Counted from the first letter of the stretch, positions 40,700 to 53,149 are shown. The stretch: DNA of 64,000 nt from Callorhinchus milii (GCF_018977255.1 NW_024704742.1:73596001-73660000); one strand, 5' to 3'. A program made the numbers and translations. Notes: a model not told the origin generated them from the letters alone.

Positions 40700-42346
40700 A
40701 GTGCAGGTGACAGAAAACCAGCCTCACGGTTCACCGCCAGCTGTGGCTCGAGCATCTTCACATCTACCACCGCCAAAAACTGCACACTACTCAAAGATCA
40801 TTCTGGAAGCCAAAAATAACTCCAAAATCTTATTCTCCACCACCTCCTTCGTGCACCTAATCAAGCACGCTCAATCATTACATCAAACACCATGTGCAAA
40901 GCGGTCATGGACTTCCTTACCTCTAAAATGGAAAACATCCACCTGGCAGCTTCATCCTCCTGCTACGTATCCCCTATCATCCCTCCCCCACATTCCATCT
41001 CCTTCAGCCCCCCCCCACCCCAGCTCCTCCCATGACCCCCATCCTACATTCCTTTGCCCCCATCTCTCCTTCCTTCCTCTCATCCTCCATCTCCCTGATG
41101 AAATGCACCACCTGCTGCCTCGAACCCCTCCCCACCCAACTGCTAATCACCCAACTCCCCTTCCTCTGCCCACTGCTGGTAGACACCACTAATCAGCCCC
41201 TCTCCTGAGGATCAGTCCCACTTCCCCTCAAAACCGTCGTCATCACCCCCCTCCATAAAAACCTACCCTCAACCCTTCCAACCTTGGGCACTACTGCCCT
41301 ATCTCAAACCTGCCTTTCCTTGCCAAAGCTTTGGAACGTGTTGTTGCCAACCAACTTCATGCACACCTCTTCCTCTACGCCCTACTCAAACCCCTCCAGT
41401 CCAGTTTCCGCCCTGCCCACAGTACAGAGACAGTGCTCATGAAAGTCACAAATGATGCCCTCTCTATCAGTGACCAGGCCTCCCTCTGCCTCCTCATCTT
41501 CCTGGACCTCTCTGCCATGTTCAACGCAATCGATCATGACATCCTCCTCCACCGACTGTCCTCGATCATCTGTGACCTCCAGTCCCTGATGTTCTGACAG
41601 CTTGTCTTGCAGACATCAAGGCGATGTCAAGGTGAGCGTAAATTTCTTGCAGTTAAATGTCAACAGGATGGAAGTCACACTCTTTGGCTCCTGTTGACGA
41701 CTTCTGTCCTGCGGTTGCAACCTCCTTAACCTACCCGATCTATCCTTAAAATTCTCTGAACCCGCGTTCAACTTAGGCGTCAGGTTCGATCCTCAGTTAT
41801 CCTTCCTGCCCCACATCTGGTCCCTGACCAGGACCACTTTCCTCCACCTCCGCCACATTGCCCATCTCTGACAATACCTCACTCCACAAGCTGCCGAAAC
41901 CCTTGACAACGCCTTTGTCACCTCTCGGCTGGCCTACTCTAATAATCTCCTCGCCTGTCTCCCCTCTTCCACTATTCACAAAATTCAACTCATCCAAAAC
42001 TCCGCCGCTCGCATTCTCACTGACACTAAAGTCCACACCCCGATTACTCCAGTCCTTGCCAAACTCCACTGGCTCCCTGTCACAGAGCGGATCGACTTCA
42101 AGATCCTCACTCTAGTGTTTAAATCCCTCCATGCCCTATCACTCTAACCTCTGCTCTCCCCCCAACACTAGCCGCTGACTGCTCCTTGTCCCTTGAATCC
42201 TCCGCTCCCCCATCGGCGGTCGTGCCATCATCCACTATGCCCCAAAGCTGTGGAACTCTCTCCCTCAATTCTTTCGCTTTGCCCCTTCTTTCCCCATTTT
42301 CAGGTTGCATGGAGAGTGCTATATAAATGCAAGTTGTTGTTGTTGT
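40700..42346 (+). mobile_element. L2 LINE, internally deleted
   Basis: [52 protein letters not shown]; tail ctatataaatgcaagttgttgttgttg. Confidence 0.9.
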
Positions 42347-43164
42347 AGGCAGTGTCCTGGTTACACTGCAGAATCTGTTACTATAATACTACTAATAATA
42401 GGAGATTCAGAGTGTTCACAGGAAATACACTAAACTGGTGTGACTGTGTAATTTGTTGATGAACATGGCAGTCAATTTGCACACAAAGATGCCCCACAAA
42501 TAGCTTGACTTCTTTATGTGGGGAATCCTGTTCTCAGTTGGGCTCTTGATCATTTGGGACCCAGAGTGCTTTCTACCAAGCCTACTCCCACACAGCCTTC
42601 CGCAGTCAGTAATAGAGAAAGAAATCAGCAATGGACATTGAGGCCAAGCTATCAACCACCTTAACAACAACTTACATTTATAAAACCCTTGTCACATAGG
42701 GCCTTAAAGCACTTGAATGGCACCCAGAGGGTAGAAAACTAAAGAGAAGAATAACAAGAAAATAACAAGACCCTATCCATAAGGCTTCTTTCACCAGAGA
42801 CTGCTGGGTGTGTGGTGAACGATAGATGTCACAGATGTGAGCAGTATTGAATAGTAACGGTGAGGCTGGGTGTGAAGGAAACTGCTTATTCTTGCTTCGC
42901 ATTATTTGTGAAAATAAACTTTGGGTCTAACTTGCTCAGTTGCACAAACCATTATGGAATTGATGTCCATCTCCTCTCACAGTAATTCTTATATAGTTTA
43001 TAAATAGTTCAATATGTTTTTGACATCTTGGACAGCAAGTTATTCAGAAATGTCAGAAATATATTGAACAATTTCTGAACTATATCAGATTTCTGAAAAT
43101 AATAAATTATTAAACAATAATAACAGTCTAGCTGTACTGCATTGGGAAGCTGAGGATAAATAAA

Positions 43165-43690
43165 TAATAACCCTTTGATACAGCACCTTTCATGTTGGGA
43201 GGACATCTCAAAGCACCCCATAGGATTTAAAGTAACGTGCAATGACTAAGTGTATTTTGTAACCAAATACACCCCAGCCAAGTTTGCATACAGTAATGTC
43301 CCACAAAGAGTCATGAAGTGAATGACCAATTTTAAATGGGTGACCGTTGGCCAGGACACCAGGAGAAATTTGCTTCTCACATAGTGCCATGGGATCTTCA
43401 ACATCTACCTCAAGAGCAAGATGAGACCTTGGTTATCAGCACCTCCAACAAAGCATCACACTCCAGCACTGCTTTGGACTGTCAGTCTACATTATGTAAG
43501 TTCCAACAAGGAGCCTAACAGTGCCCCAAATAAAATTAGCCAATCACTTCATGGAAATTGTAGTGTGCAAATTGGCTACTGCATTCGCCCAATTCATCAA
43601 TTCACTTTACAGTATATCCTGTGAAGCGCTTTAAGATGTCTTGACAACGTGATAAGACGCTAAATCAAATACAAGGATGATTATTATTAA
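43165..43690. mobile_element. SINE fragments (family B on -, shared tail on +)
   Basis: 43165-43480 is a reverse-complement Deu-like domain plus tail; 43520-43690 is a forward tail ending aaggatgattattatt. Confidence 0.65.
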
Positions 43691-44407
43691 TAGACGTGCT
43701 CCAGAAATATAAACCTGCAGAATGTTATTTTTGCAAAGGAGACAATTTAGGAACACAAGTCCCTATTCTCCATTCTAACCAGCATTTTGCAGCCAGATAC
43801 CATGTGGTGAATTGCATACAGCACGTGAAGCAGATGAGGATTAAATGATATTGCTTCTGTAACTTCGCTGATGTGGATCTCCCTTCCATCATCAGCCCAT
43901 TCCCGAGTGGCCGCCTGCTGCCACCTCAATTTTTCTTCTCAGAGAACATGGGAATTCCACTATAAAAAGGTTCATTCTCCAGTTAATTGAAAGAGATTAT
44001 TGTAAAATAAATAAAAAATTCTCACGTGCAGTTTGAAAGCTTGTCTCAACTATCCTGCAAATGTTACTCAATGAATCAAAATTGCAGCATATGATCTCAT
44101 CACATTGACCAAAAAGGCAGTCAAACTCCAGTCAGTAGTTTTCACTAGTCAGGGAAAGGGGGGAGAATAGTAGTCTTTGAATTTTAACCTCTAATTGTAA
44201 GACTACAGTATTGAAAATCCACTCCAGAGCGTGGAATGCATGGCTGTACTTTACAGTCTCTAAACAAGAGATGTCAGTAGTGAGTGAGAATCACAACGGG
44301 GTTTACTCCAGGCCCCTGGAGTGACAAATTAATAAATCTTCACAAAGTACCATTTCAAGACTAAAGCAAATGATTACAATTAAAAAAGTAAAAAGTAAAA
44401 AAAAATA

Positions 44408-44705
44408 TTAATCCTTGCATTTGGTATAGCACCTTATTAGGTTGTTGATAGGTCTCAAAGCGCTTCACAGGATATACTGTAAAATGGATTGACTCTGTAT
44501 TTTGTGGGTGAAATACAGCAGCCAATTTGCACACAGCAATGTCCCACAAATAGCCATGGAGTGAGTGACCAATTTTATTTGGGGGACTGTTGGCAGGACA
44601 CCGGGAGAGAGAAACTTCCTTCTCGTTTCAATTTGTGCCATGGCATCTTTAACATCCACCTGAGCAGGCAGCCAGAACCTTGGTTTAACATCTCATCTGA
44701 AGGAC
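44408..44705 (-). mobile_element. SINE family B, 5'-truncated
   Basis: atccttgcatttggtatagcacc tail...gtgccatggcatctttaacatccacctgagcaggcag..tggtttaacatctcatctgaagg. Confidence 0.8.
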
Positions 44706-44722
44706 AGATGATTTAAAATGAT

Positions 44723-45089
44723 AAACAAAGAGAGCTGGCAAAACTCAGCAGGTCAGGCAGCATCTATGGAGAAAGGAAAGTGAGTCAACGTTTTGGGTTC
44801 CACGACCCTTCGTCAGAACTTGATGGCTTTTAAACATCGTTTCTGTGCACCTCTATTGATGCTTGAAAGTGACAATCAAGCTCAGCTCTCCAGAGATCAT
44901 GGTCAAGCTGTCCAAAGTTCTGGTCAGTGCTCTGATCAGGTTATACCCTGGCCATGTTCTGACGAAGGGTCGGGGACCTGAAACGTTGACTCACTTTCCT
45001 TTCTCCATAGATGCTGCCTGACCTGCTGAGTTTTCCCAGCTCTCTCTGTTTTTGTTTCAGATTTCCAGCATCTGCAGTATTTTGTGTTT
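44723..45089 (+). mobile_element. Penelope-like (pLTR-derived) fold-back insertion: short inverted arm 44723-44820, captured spacer 44821-44955, long arm 44956-45089
   Basis: Arms are reverse complements over ~95 bp. Perfect 14-bp direct repeats tgatttaaaatgat flank the element (44709-44722 and 45090-45103). Arms contain a CTGACGA..GAAACGTT motif. The Penelope assignment rests on my recollection of similar pLTR sequences and their minimal hammerheads. Confidence 0.8.
44956..44991 (+). ncRNA. Minimal type-I hammerhead ribozyme-like motif
   Basis: gtt-CTGACGA-a-GGGTC-ggg-GACCT-GAAACGTT-gac: conserved core, 5-bp stem II, palindromic ACGT in place of stem III, short stem I (a)gtt/gac(t). Confidence 0.6.
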
Positions 45090-45575
45090 TGATTTAAAAT
45101 GATTGTGTTCTCAATTACCTAGATTGTATTTTGATCAAATAATCTCCTTTAAACAGATATGTAAATGTACGTTTTGTTGTTGCAAATTTTGCTGCTTAAT
45201 CATGAATTTTGTAGTGCATTTTATAAATGGAATGAGCAGCTACAGGCTCTCTGGTGACTGAGTGCTGTTGGAAGCTGATGTCTGCCAGTTTTATTGTACT
45301 TCAGGGAAGGCTGCTGTCCCAGATCAGGTTGGCCAGTGAGCTGCGAGACGAGCGTATTACAGTAGCGATCAGCTGGTTTACACCAAACTTATTCTGTCAG
45401 CAACATGTCATTTTGTACAGAAAGTCCCTGACAGACGTAACTGAGTTGGCATTAAATTTATTGCATCATGCACTTGTTTTTCCAGCTTCACAAGCTGGGT
45501 GACACACAATGCTTCACACAATATAAAACCAAATGTGGCTTGTTAACATGACACTACATCAATCAACCTATCCTG

Positions 45576-45732
45576 CAGAACTCACTGAGTGGCTTATCAA
45601 CACTGTTTCTGTGCACCTCTATTGGTGCTTGAAAGTGACAATCAAGCTCAGCTCTCCAGAGGTCATGGTCAAGCTGTCCAAAGCTCTGGCAAGTGCTCTG
45701 ATCAGGCTGTACCCTGGTCATGTACAGTTCTG
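45576..45732 (+). repeat. Donor of the spacer captured at 44821-44955
   Basis: 45605-45722 matches 44839-44956 at 110/118 positions by manual alignment. Confidence 0.92.
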
Positions 45733-46060
45733 GTCACCATAACATACAGATGCTGACCACTCCTTAGGGCAGTTCAGAAAATAACAATTAAGTTAATCTC
45801 CAGTACAGTATTTGTAAGGATGAGCTATGAGGAATGACTGTGGCTTGAAAGGAAGGGATCTCAGAGGGGATCTTAATAGAGGTAAGTGAGATGTTAAATG
45901 AGATTAGGAAAGTAAACCCAGATATGACAAAGCTGCAGAACAAGAGGACACAGGTTCAGTTATGAAGAAGAGACACCAGCAACAAGTTCCCAGGAAGGCT
46001 GGTTGAGGCCAGGATGCTGAACTCACTTACGAAACAGTTTGGTGCTGTAATGGAAAGACC
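45640..46060 (+). mobile_element. Old CR1 relic
   Basis: SSPEVMVKLSKALASALIRLYPGHVQFWSP resembles CR1 (K)S.EV.L.LYKALVRPHLEYCVQFWSP; followed by gagctatgagga..agaggggatcttaatagaggt. Confidence 0.65.
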
Positions 46061-47234
46061 GTTGGGGTGAGTATTTTGGAAGGATAAGATCCAAAGGGTC
46101 ACTTGCATCTCAACATTTATGTGAACTAATGTGTGAACTGATTTGGTTATGTGCCGATCTCTGGAGGTGTAGTGGGGGCACATGTCACAAGCTGTACCAG
46201 TCCTGGGGGTGGCAGAACATGATAGTGCTGACAGTGGAGGGTTTCTAAAGGACAGAGTAACAAAATCAGAGAGGCTGCAGTAGGTCTTGTGAATGGCAAA
46301 GATTGATGGATGAGAGCAGCAGCCTTGACACTGCTTGATGACCTTGGTGATAATCTAAACTAGAGTTGGCAGCCATAATGACAGCGGGAGCCAGAGTGTC
46401 ACATGGAGAGTGCAGGTTGGGCACTCTGGTTGTGGGCAGTATGGTTGTCTGTATACTTACAGACAGTCACTTTGTCCTCAACTCCCCTTCAGCAGCCTAG
46501 AAGATGTGATACTTCCCCCAGTAATAATGAGAGAGTTTCCCAAGAGGCCACTGGTAGCTGTGTTTACACTGATCTGGACAAAGCGCCTGCAGCTCGATCA
46601 TGTGTTCAGTAGTTTATTGAATATCGATAAGATTTTAAAAAAGGATCTCCACTAGCATGGTTGGTAATAATGACTGCTGTTAATTCTGCCACAAGTTCAT
46701 TTAGTTTTGTTACATAATTATGATAGATGGTAAAAGCCATTTGCAGTTTCTGTCATTGTAATTTGTATCATAGCTACGTGTTGACGTCCTGCTATTTTAG
46801 TTCCAGAATTACTTCATGTCAATGTTAGAGAAAATGGCAGAAAAGAATGTTTTACGATATTAATAGGAGTCCCAATTTGCTGACTGTTGCCACTCAAAGC
46901 TCACCGCAGACCATATCCCTCACTCATTCCAATACAAAGCACAATTTATCTGCCTTTATATCTCAGTAACATAACTTAAGAGACAAGCGAGAGATAATGT
47001 GACAAAAAGCAAAGAGGAAAATACTCTTTGCATTTGCATCCCAGTTACATAAGAGTTATGTATCTGACACGTGTTCTTTTCACTGAGGACAGTTTTTTAT
47101 TAGGTTGGTGGAATATCAAGTGTTATTTGTTTTGTATATGCTCTGTAGCTCCCCCCCCCCCCCCACCCCCACCCACCAAACAGGGCTGTGTGACATACAT
47201 CAGGGCTATGAGATGTATATCAGGGTTGTGTACA

Positions 47235-47410
47235 TACATAATAATTGTTGCATTTGATATAGTGTTTTTCACATCTTCGAGACGTCTCAAAGCGCTTCAC
47301 AGAATAGACTGTAAAGAAAATTAACTGTATATTTTCTGGGCTAGATTCGGTAACCATTTGCGCACAGCAGTGTCCCACAAACCGTCATGGATTGAAGTGC
47401 ATTATTATTA
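47235..47410 (-). mobile_element. SINE shared-tail fragment
   Basis: gttgcatttgatatag..gagacgtctcaaagcgcttcacagaatagactgtaaag..gcacagcagtgtcccacaaac. Confidence 0.75.
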
Positions 47411-47424
47411 TTTCTTGAAGGAAT

Positions 47425-47972
47425 TATGACCCATATGAAATCCACCACCTGTTCTCTCAACCCCATCCCTACCCCTCTCCTTACCTCCCAGCTCCACCTC
47501 CTTGCCCTTCTATTCACAGACATCATCAATCTGTCCTTGTCCAGTGGCACCATTCCCACCCCCTTAAAAACAGCCATCATCACCCCTATCCTCAAAAAAC
47601 GTTCCCTAGACCCATCCCTGCTCTCCAACTATCACCCCATCTCCAAACTCCCTTTCCTTTCCAAGGTCCTGGAATGAATTGTTGCTTCTCAGCTTCGTTC
47701 ATTCCTCTCCCGCCACTAACTTCACAAATCCCTTCAATTGGGTTTCCGTGCCGCCCACAGCACAGAAACAGCCTTGGTCAAAATGGCAAATGACACTTTG
47801 TCCATCTGTGACCAGGGCTCCCTTTGTCTCCTCGTCCTCCTTGACCTCTTTGCTGCCTTTGACTGTCGACCACTCTATCCACCTCTGGATATCCACCTCC
47901 CTGACTGTCCAGCACCTGGTGAGGTCCTCCTGACATGAAAGGCACTATACAAATGTAATTTGTTGTTGTTGT
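47425..47972 (+). mobile_element. L2 LINE, internally deleted (RT N-terminal part joined directly to the tail)
   Basis: [39 protein letters not shown], then the tail within ~50 bp. Confidence 0.88.
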
Positions 47973-48037
47973 GTACATGCGTCAGGGATTAATTCACTTC
48001 ATGCCAGTTTGTGAAACTTTGCCCTGTGCAAAATAGT

Positions 48038-50345
48038 TACAACAACAACACCAAGATTTCATTTATAGAGCGCCTTTCACGTCGGGAGGACGTCCCAAGG
48101 CGCTGGACAGTTGGGTCGGGACCCGAGCAGGGGGGAAATGGTCAGGGTGAGGGGAGGGAAGGGAGGGAGCGAGGAGGGGGTAGAGAGTCGGGAGGGGAGC
48201 TGAAGGCTCAGTCAAAGAAAAAGGTCTTGAGACCGGCCTTGAAGGAGGAAAGGGAGGAGGCGGCGAAGGCACTGGGGGATAGAGTTCCAGAGCCTCGGGG
48301 CTGAGAGGCTGAAGGCCCGGCCACCGATGGTAGGGCTGTTAGGGCGGGGTATGTGGAGCAGACCGGAGCCAGAGGAATGGAGGGTACGGGCAGGTAGGTA
48401 GGGGGTTAGTAGGTCAGAGAGGTAGGAGGGAGCGAGGCCGTGAATGGCCTTGTAGGTGAGGATGAGGATCTTGAATTTGATCCTCTGGGGGATGGGGAGC
48501 CAGTGGAGGTGAGCGAGGGTGGAAGTGATGTGGTCGCGAAGTCTGGTGCGGGACAGTACACGAGCTGCAGAGTTCTGAATGACCTGCAGTGTGGAGGGAG
48601 GTGGCGGGAAGGCCGGCGAGGAGAGAGTTCCCATAGTCCAGCCTTGAGATGATAAAGGCGTGGACCAGAGTTTCAGCCGTGTGAGGGGTGAGGTAGTGCC
48701 GTAGTCTGGCGATGTTTCAGAGGTGATGGAAGGCGGTGCCAGTTGTGGCGCAGATATGAGGGAGAAAGGACAGCTCAGGGTCGAACAGAACCCCGAGGTT
48801 CCTGACGGCTTTGAGAGGTGGAGAGTGCAGCCTTGGATGCTGATGCTGTCAGCGCCTGAGGTGCGGAGGCGCTGACGTGAGCCAATCAGGAGGGCCTCAG
48901 TTTTGCGCACGTTGAGCTGAAGAAAGTTGTCTCTCGTCCAGGACTCGATGTCGGACAGGCAGCTGTCAGGACATCGGGGGTCGTGGAGTTGAGGGTAGAG
49001 GAGGAAAGGTAGAGTTGGGTGTCATCCGCATACATGTGGAAGTTAACCCCATGTCTGCGGATGATGTCACCACAGGGGGAGCATATAGAGGGTGAAGAGG
49101 AGGGGACCGAGGACAGAGCCCTGAGGGACACCGCACGAGACAGTGCGGGGGGTGGAGGAAAAGTCGTTTGTGGAAACAAAGTGAAGACAGTGGGTGAGGT
49201 ACGACCTAAACCACTCAAGGACAGGGCCTTGAATGTTGAGGTGGGAGGACAAGCAGTGGAGGAGGATAGCGTGGTCGACCGTATCGAATGCGGCTGATAG
49301 GTCGAGGAGGATGAGGAGGCAGAGGGAACCCTGGTCGCAGATGGTCAAGATGGCATTGGTGACCTTGACCAGGGCAGTTTCAATGCTATGGGCAGCACGG
49401 AAACCCGACTGAAGGGGTTCGAATAATGAATGGGTGGAGAGGAAAGAGCGCAGCTGGGAGGCGACAACTCTTTCAAGGACCTTGGACAGGAAGGGGAGGT
49501 TGGAGATGGGCCGGTAGCTTGATAGCTGCGACGCATCAAGGGAGGGTTTTTTCAAAGTGGGAGTGATGGTGGCAGTTTTTAGGGAAATGGGAACAGAGCC
49601 AGAGGAGAGGGATAGGTTGATGATATCTGTGAGAAGTGGGACAAGGAGATGGAGCTGGGAGATAGGGAGTGGAATGGGGATGGGGTCAAGGGAGCAGGTG
49701 GTGGGTTTCAGGGACAGGATGAGGTTGGTGACAGTTGGTGGGGAAACGGGTTCGAAGGTGTGTAGGGGAGGATGGGTAGGGGTCGGAGTGTGGGATGGAA
49801 GGGGTGGTGGGTGGGTGGGTGGAAGTTGGAGGGGCAGTGACCGCGGAGCGGATCCCCTTGATTTTGGATTCAAGGAAATCCAGCATCTCCTCGCAGTGAA
49901 GGTTGGAGAAGATGACCTGCGCGGGGTGGTGGGGGACGGAGAAGTCGGGATGTGGTAGAAAACAGTAGCATGGGGTTGTTCTTCGCCTCCAGGATTATCC
50001 TGGAGTAGAAGGAAGACTTGGCCGAGGCTAGAGTGGAGCGGTAGATTTTGAGGAGGTCCGGCCAGATTTGTCGGTGGACCATTAGGCCAGATTTGAGGCA
50101 TGTGCGTTCAGCGGCCCGCACCTGGCTCTTCAGTGAGCGGAGGTGGCTGGTGAACCAGGGGGAGGAGCGAGAGTAAGAGACAGTACGGGAGGTGATGGGG
50201 GCAAGAGTGTCGAGTGTGGAGGAGAGGGTGTTGTGGAGGAGGGTGAGAGCAGAAGAGGGGTCAGTGAGGGATGAAGGCCAGAGGGAGAGGAGTTCAGATG
50301 ACTCCAAGGCAGCGGTTAGGGATTGTGGGGGTAACTTCTTCCACG
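48038..50345 (-). mobile_element. L2 LINE, long 5'-truncated young copy
   Basis: ORF 49067-50101 [60 protein letters not shown] in 48886-49218; (CAA)n tail at 48039. Confidence 0.93.
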
Positions 50346-50479
50346 TGTACAGTCACTACACTTGAGAATAATTATTCTGAAGTACTCAGATGCTATAAAA
50401 TGCAAGTGCTTCCTATCTATGCTTTCAATTTACATCAACCCTTGGCGTCTTACAACCAATCATATGTCTTTAGAAATAG

Positions 50480-50720
50480 TGGGGAACATAGAAACAAGGG
50501 GAAGCTATTTATACTATCAAGCCTGTTCCACCCATTTTATTAAATATCATAGATATTTTAATTCCATTTCCCCATCTTTTCTCCATATCCTTTAATACCC
50601 TTAGTTCCTAAATATGTATTTTCTGTTCACGTTTGCCAATCCTTTGTGTATCTGCGGCCTTCTGGGAAGGGCATCCCATGTTCTCACAGCCCTCTGTGTG
50701 AGAAAGATTTCTGGTCTCAA
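50480..50720 (-). mobile_element. Old CR1 3' relic
   Basis: aacatagaaacaagg..ccatatcctttaatacccttagttcctaa..atcccatgttctcacagccctctgtgtgagaaagatttct. Confidence 0.55.
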
Positions 50721-51409
50721 CATCGGGATTCTGTGCTTGTGTGCAGAATTCTCCCAAGACACAACCATTGCATTTGGAAGTGGAAAATATAAATCAGGTA
50801 ATTATGCTACTGCTGAACGTGATATCACTTTGCTTCCAGCAATATAAACAGAGCATGAAAAATAAGTAATGATCTTAATATGAATTTTCTAAATTTTAAT
50901 TTGTCATTTGTAATAAATTAGGTTTCTACATTAAAATAAGCTCACATTAAGTATGTTGGTTCCACTCTTCATGTACAATGTTTTAAAACTATTTGCATGT
51001 CTATCAAATTGCTTTTACAAATTGAACTTACAAATTTTGCTCACTTTGGCAATCCAAAACATACACAGACATTCCAAGATCAAGTGATGTTATTGCAGTA
51101 GTGCTTAACGAAATGTGCATTCAGCTGTTGAATCCCATTTTTTATGTTAATCAGTTGAAGTCATCCAGCACTGTTAAAGTATGAGGTACGTCACAAATCA
51201 GTGAGAATTGTTTCTAATCAAGTCAGGATAATTGAGTTTATATTTGACCTACTGATCTCCACAGGATTTATTTAAGTCATTTTACTTCACTAAAATTTGC
51301 TCTGTAGAGAAGGTACACGTTGTAACTGCTTTTCCCAGACTAGGTTGTTAATTGGTGCAACAATGAAATGTCTATTCAAAATATTGTAAGTGCAGTCTCT
51401 CTGATGATA

Positions 51410-51747
51410 ATAATAATAATAATCCTCGCATTTGATATAGCGCCTTATCATATCTTCAAGACGTCTCAAAGTGCTTCATAGAATATACTGTAAAGTGAAT
51501 TGACTACATATATTTTGTGGGCGAAACGCGGCAGCCAATTGCGCACAGCAGTGTCCCACAAACAGTCGTGGATTGAAGTGACCAATTTTTATTTTTGAAG
51601 GAATTATTACTGCCAGAAAAGCAATCTGCCAATCGACTAACAACTGGGTTCCTACTTCCTGCTAGATAAACAGAGGCGTGTGGAGAAAGAAACTTGCCCA
51701 ACATTTCGCCCTGCTGGAAATCCAACCCAGGTCTCTCGTTTGTGAGG
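51410..51747 (-). mobile_element. tRNA-type SINE family A, head interrupted by an L2 tail
   Basis: (AAT)n tail and full body; B-box region ggaaatccaacccagg is followed immediately by the L2 (CAA)n tail. Confidence 0.85.
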
Positions 51748-53060
51748 CAACAACAACAACAAAATTACATTGTATAGCACCTTTCACATCAGGAGGACAT
51801 CCCAAGGCGCTGGACAGTGAGAGTTTGGACCCGAGCTGGGGGTCAAGATTGCAGAGGGTGGAGGACAGGGGGGGATGCAGGGTGATTGAAGGCACGGTCG
51901 AAGAGTAGGGTCTTGAGATGAGTCTTGAAGGAGGTAAGGGATTGGGCGTGGTGGAGGGACTGCGGGATACAGTTCCAGAGCGTGGAGGCAGAGTGGCAGA
52001 AGGCCCGCCCATCAATGGCAGGGGACGTGAAGCAGGCTGGAGCTCGCTTATCAGAGGGAGCAGGCAGAATGATAGGGGGTTAGGAGGTTGCAGTGGAGGG
52101 GGGGGACAAGACCTTGGAAGGCTTTGAAGGTGAGGACCAGGATCTCGAACTGTATCCTTTGTGTGATGGGAAGCCAGTGGAGCCGGGCGAGGATGGGGGT
52201 GATAGTCATGGAGCCTGGTGCAGGAAAGGACACAGGCAGAGTTCTGGGTGATCTGCAGCCTATGGAGTGAGGAGTTGGGGAGGCCAACAAGCAAGGACTT
52301 TGCATAGTCAAGCCTCGATGTAATGAATGTGTGTATGAGGGTTTCTGCAGCCTGAGGTGTGAAACAGGGCCGGAGCCGGGCGATGTTGTGGAGGTGGGGG
52401 AAGGAAAGGAGATCATGGGCAAATGTGGGGTAGAAAGGATAGTTGAGGGTCAAAAAGACGGCAAGGTTCCAGAATGACTCAGTGAGGTGGAGTGTGCAAC
52501 CATGGATGGTGATGCTGTCAGCGCCTGAGGTGAGGAGGCGCTGACGGGAGCCAATCAGGAGAGCCTCAGTCTTGTTGACGTTCAACTGAAGAAAGTTAGC
52601 TCTCATCCAGGACTTGATACCTGACAGACATTTTGTCAGGAAGGCAGTGGTACTGGAATCGAGAGTGAAGGTAGAGAGGTAGAGTTAGGTGTCATTCGCA
52701 TACATGTGGAATTTGACCCCATGTCTGCGGAGAAAGCAAAGAGGTCAAGGAGGACGAGGAGGCAGAGGGAGCCCTGGTCGCAGATGAACAGAATATCATT
52801 TGTCACTTTGACCAGGGCTGTTTCTGTGCAGTGGGCAGCACGGAAACCCGATTAGAGAGGCTCGTGAAGGGAGTGGCGTGAGATGAAGGAGTGAAGCTGG
52901 GAAGCAACAACTCATTTCAGGACCTTGGAGAAGAAAGAGTTTGTAGATGGGGAGGTAGCTTCTAGCAGTGATGGATCCAGGGATGGTTTTTAAGGATAGA
53001 AGTGAAGACGGCTGTATTTCATGGAGTGGGAGCAGTACCAGTGGACAGGGAGAGGTTTAT
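51748..53060 (-). mobile_element. L2 LINE, 5'-truncated and internally deleted
   Basis: ORF 51662-52606 [33 protein letters not shown]. Confidence 0.88.
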
Positions 53061-53149
53061 AATGTGACCACTGAGCTTCAGGACTCCATTAGTAATCTGA
53101 AGGTGACTGATAGTCTGAAGGTGACATCTATGTGGTGCCAGATCACAAG

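Noticed and set aside
44723..45089. CRISPR-like repeat-spacer-repeat interpretation
   Set aside because: The repeats are inverted, ~100 bp and TSD-flanked, in vertebrate DNA with no cas genes; it is a retroelement structure.
45306..45437. Open 132-nt segment after a plausible acceptor (GRLLSQIRLASELRDERITV...)
   Set aside because: Weak donor, no recognisable homology and no partner exons.
46403..46612. 69-aa ORF with a signal-peptide-like start (MESAGWALWLWAVWLSVYL)
   Set aside because: Short, no recognisable domain, no convincing splice donor, and adjacent to decayed repeat sequence; likely chance.
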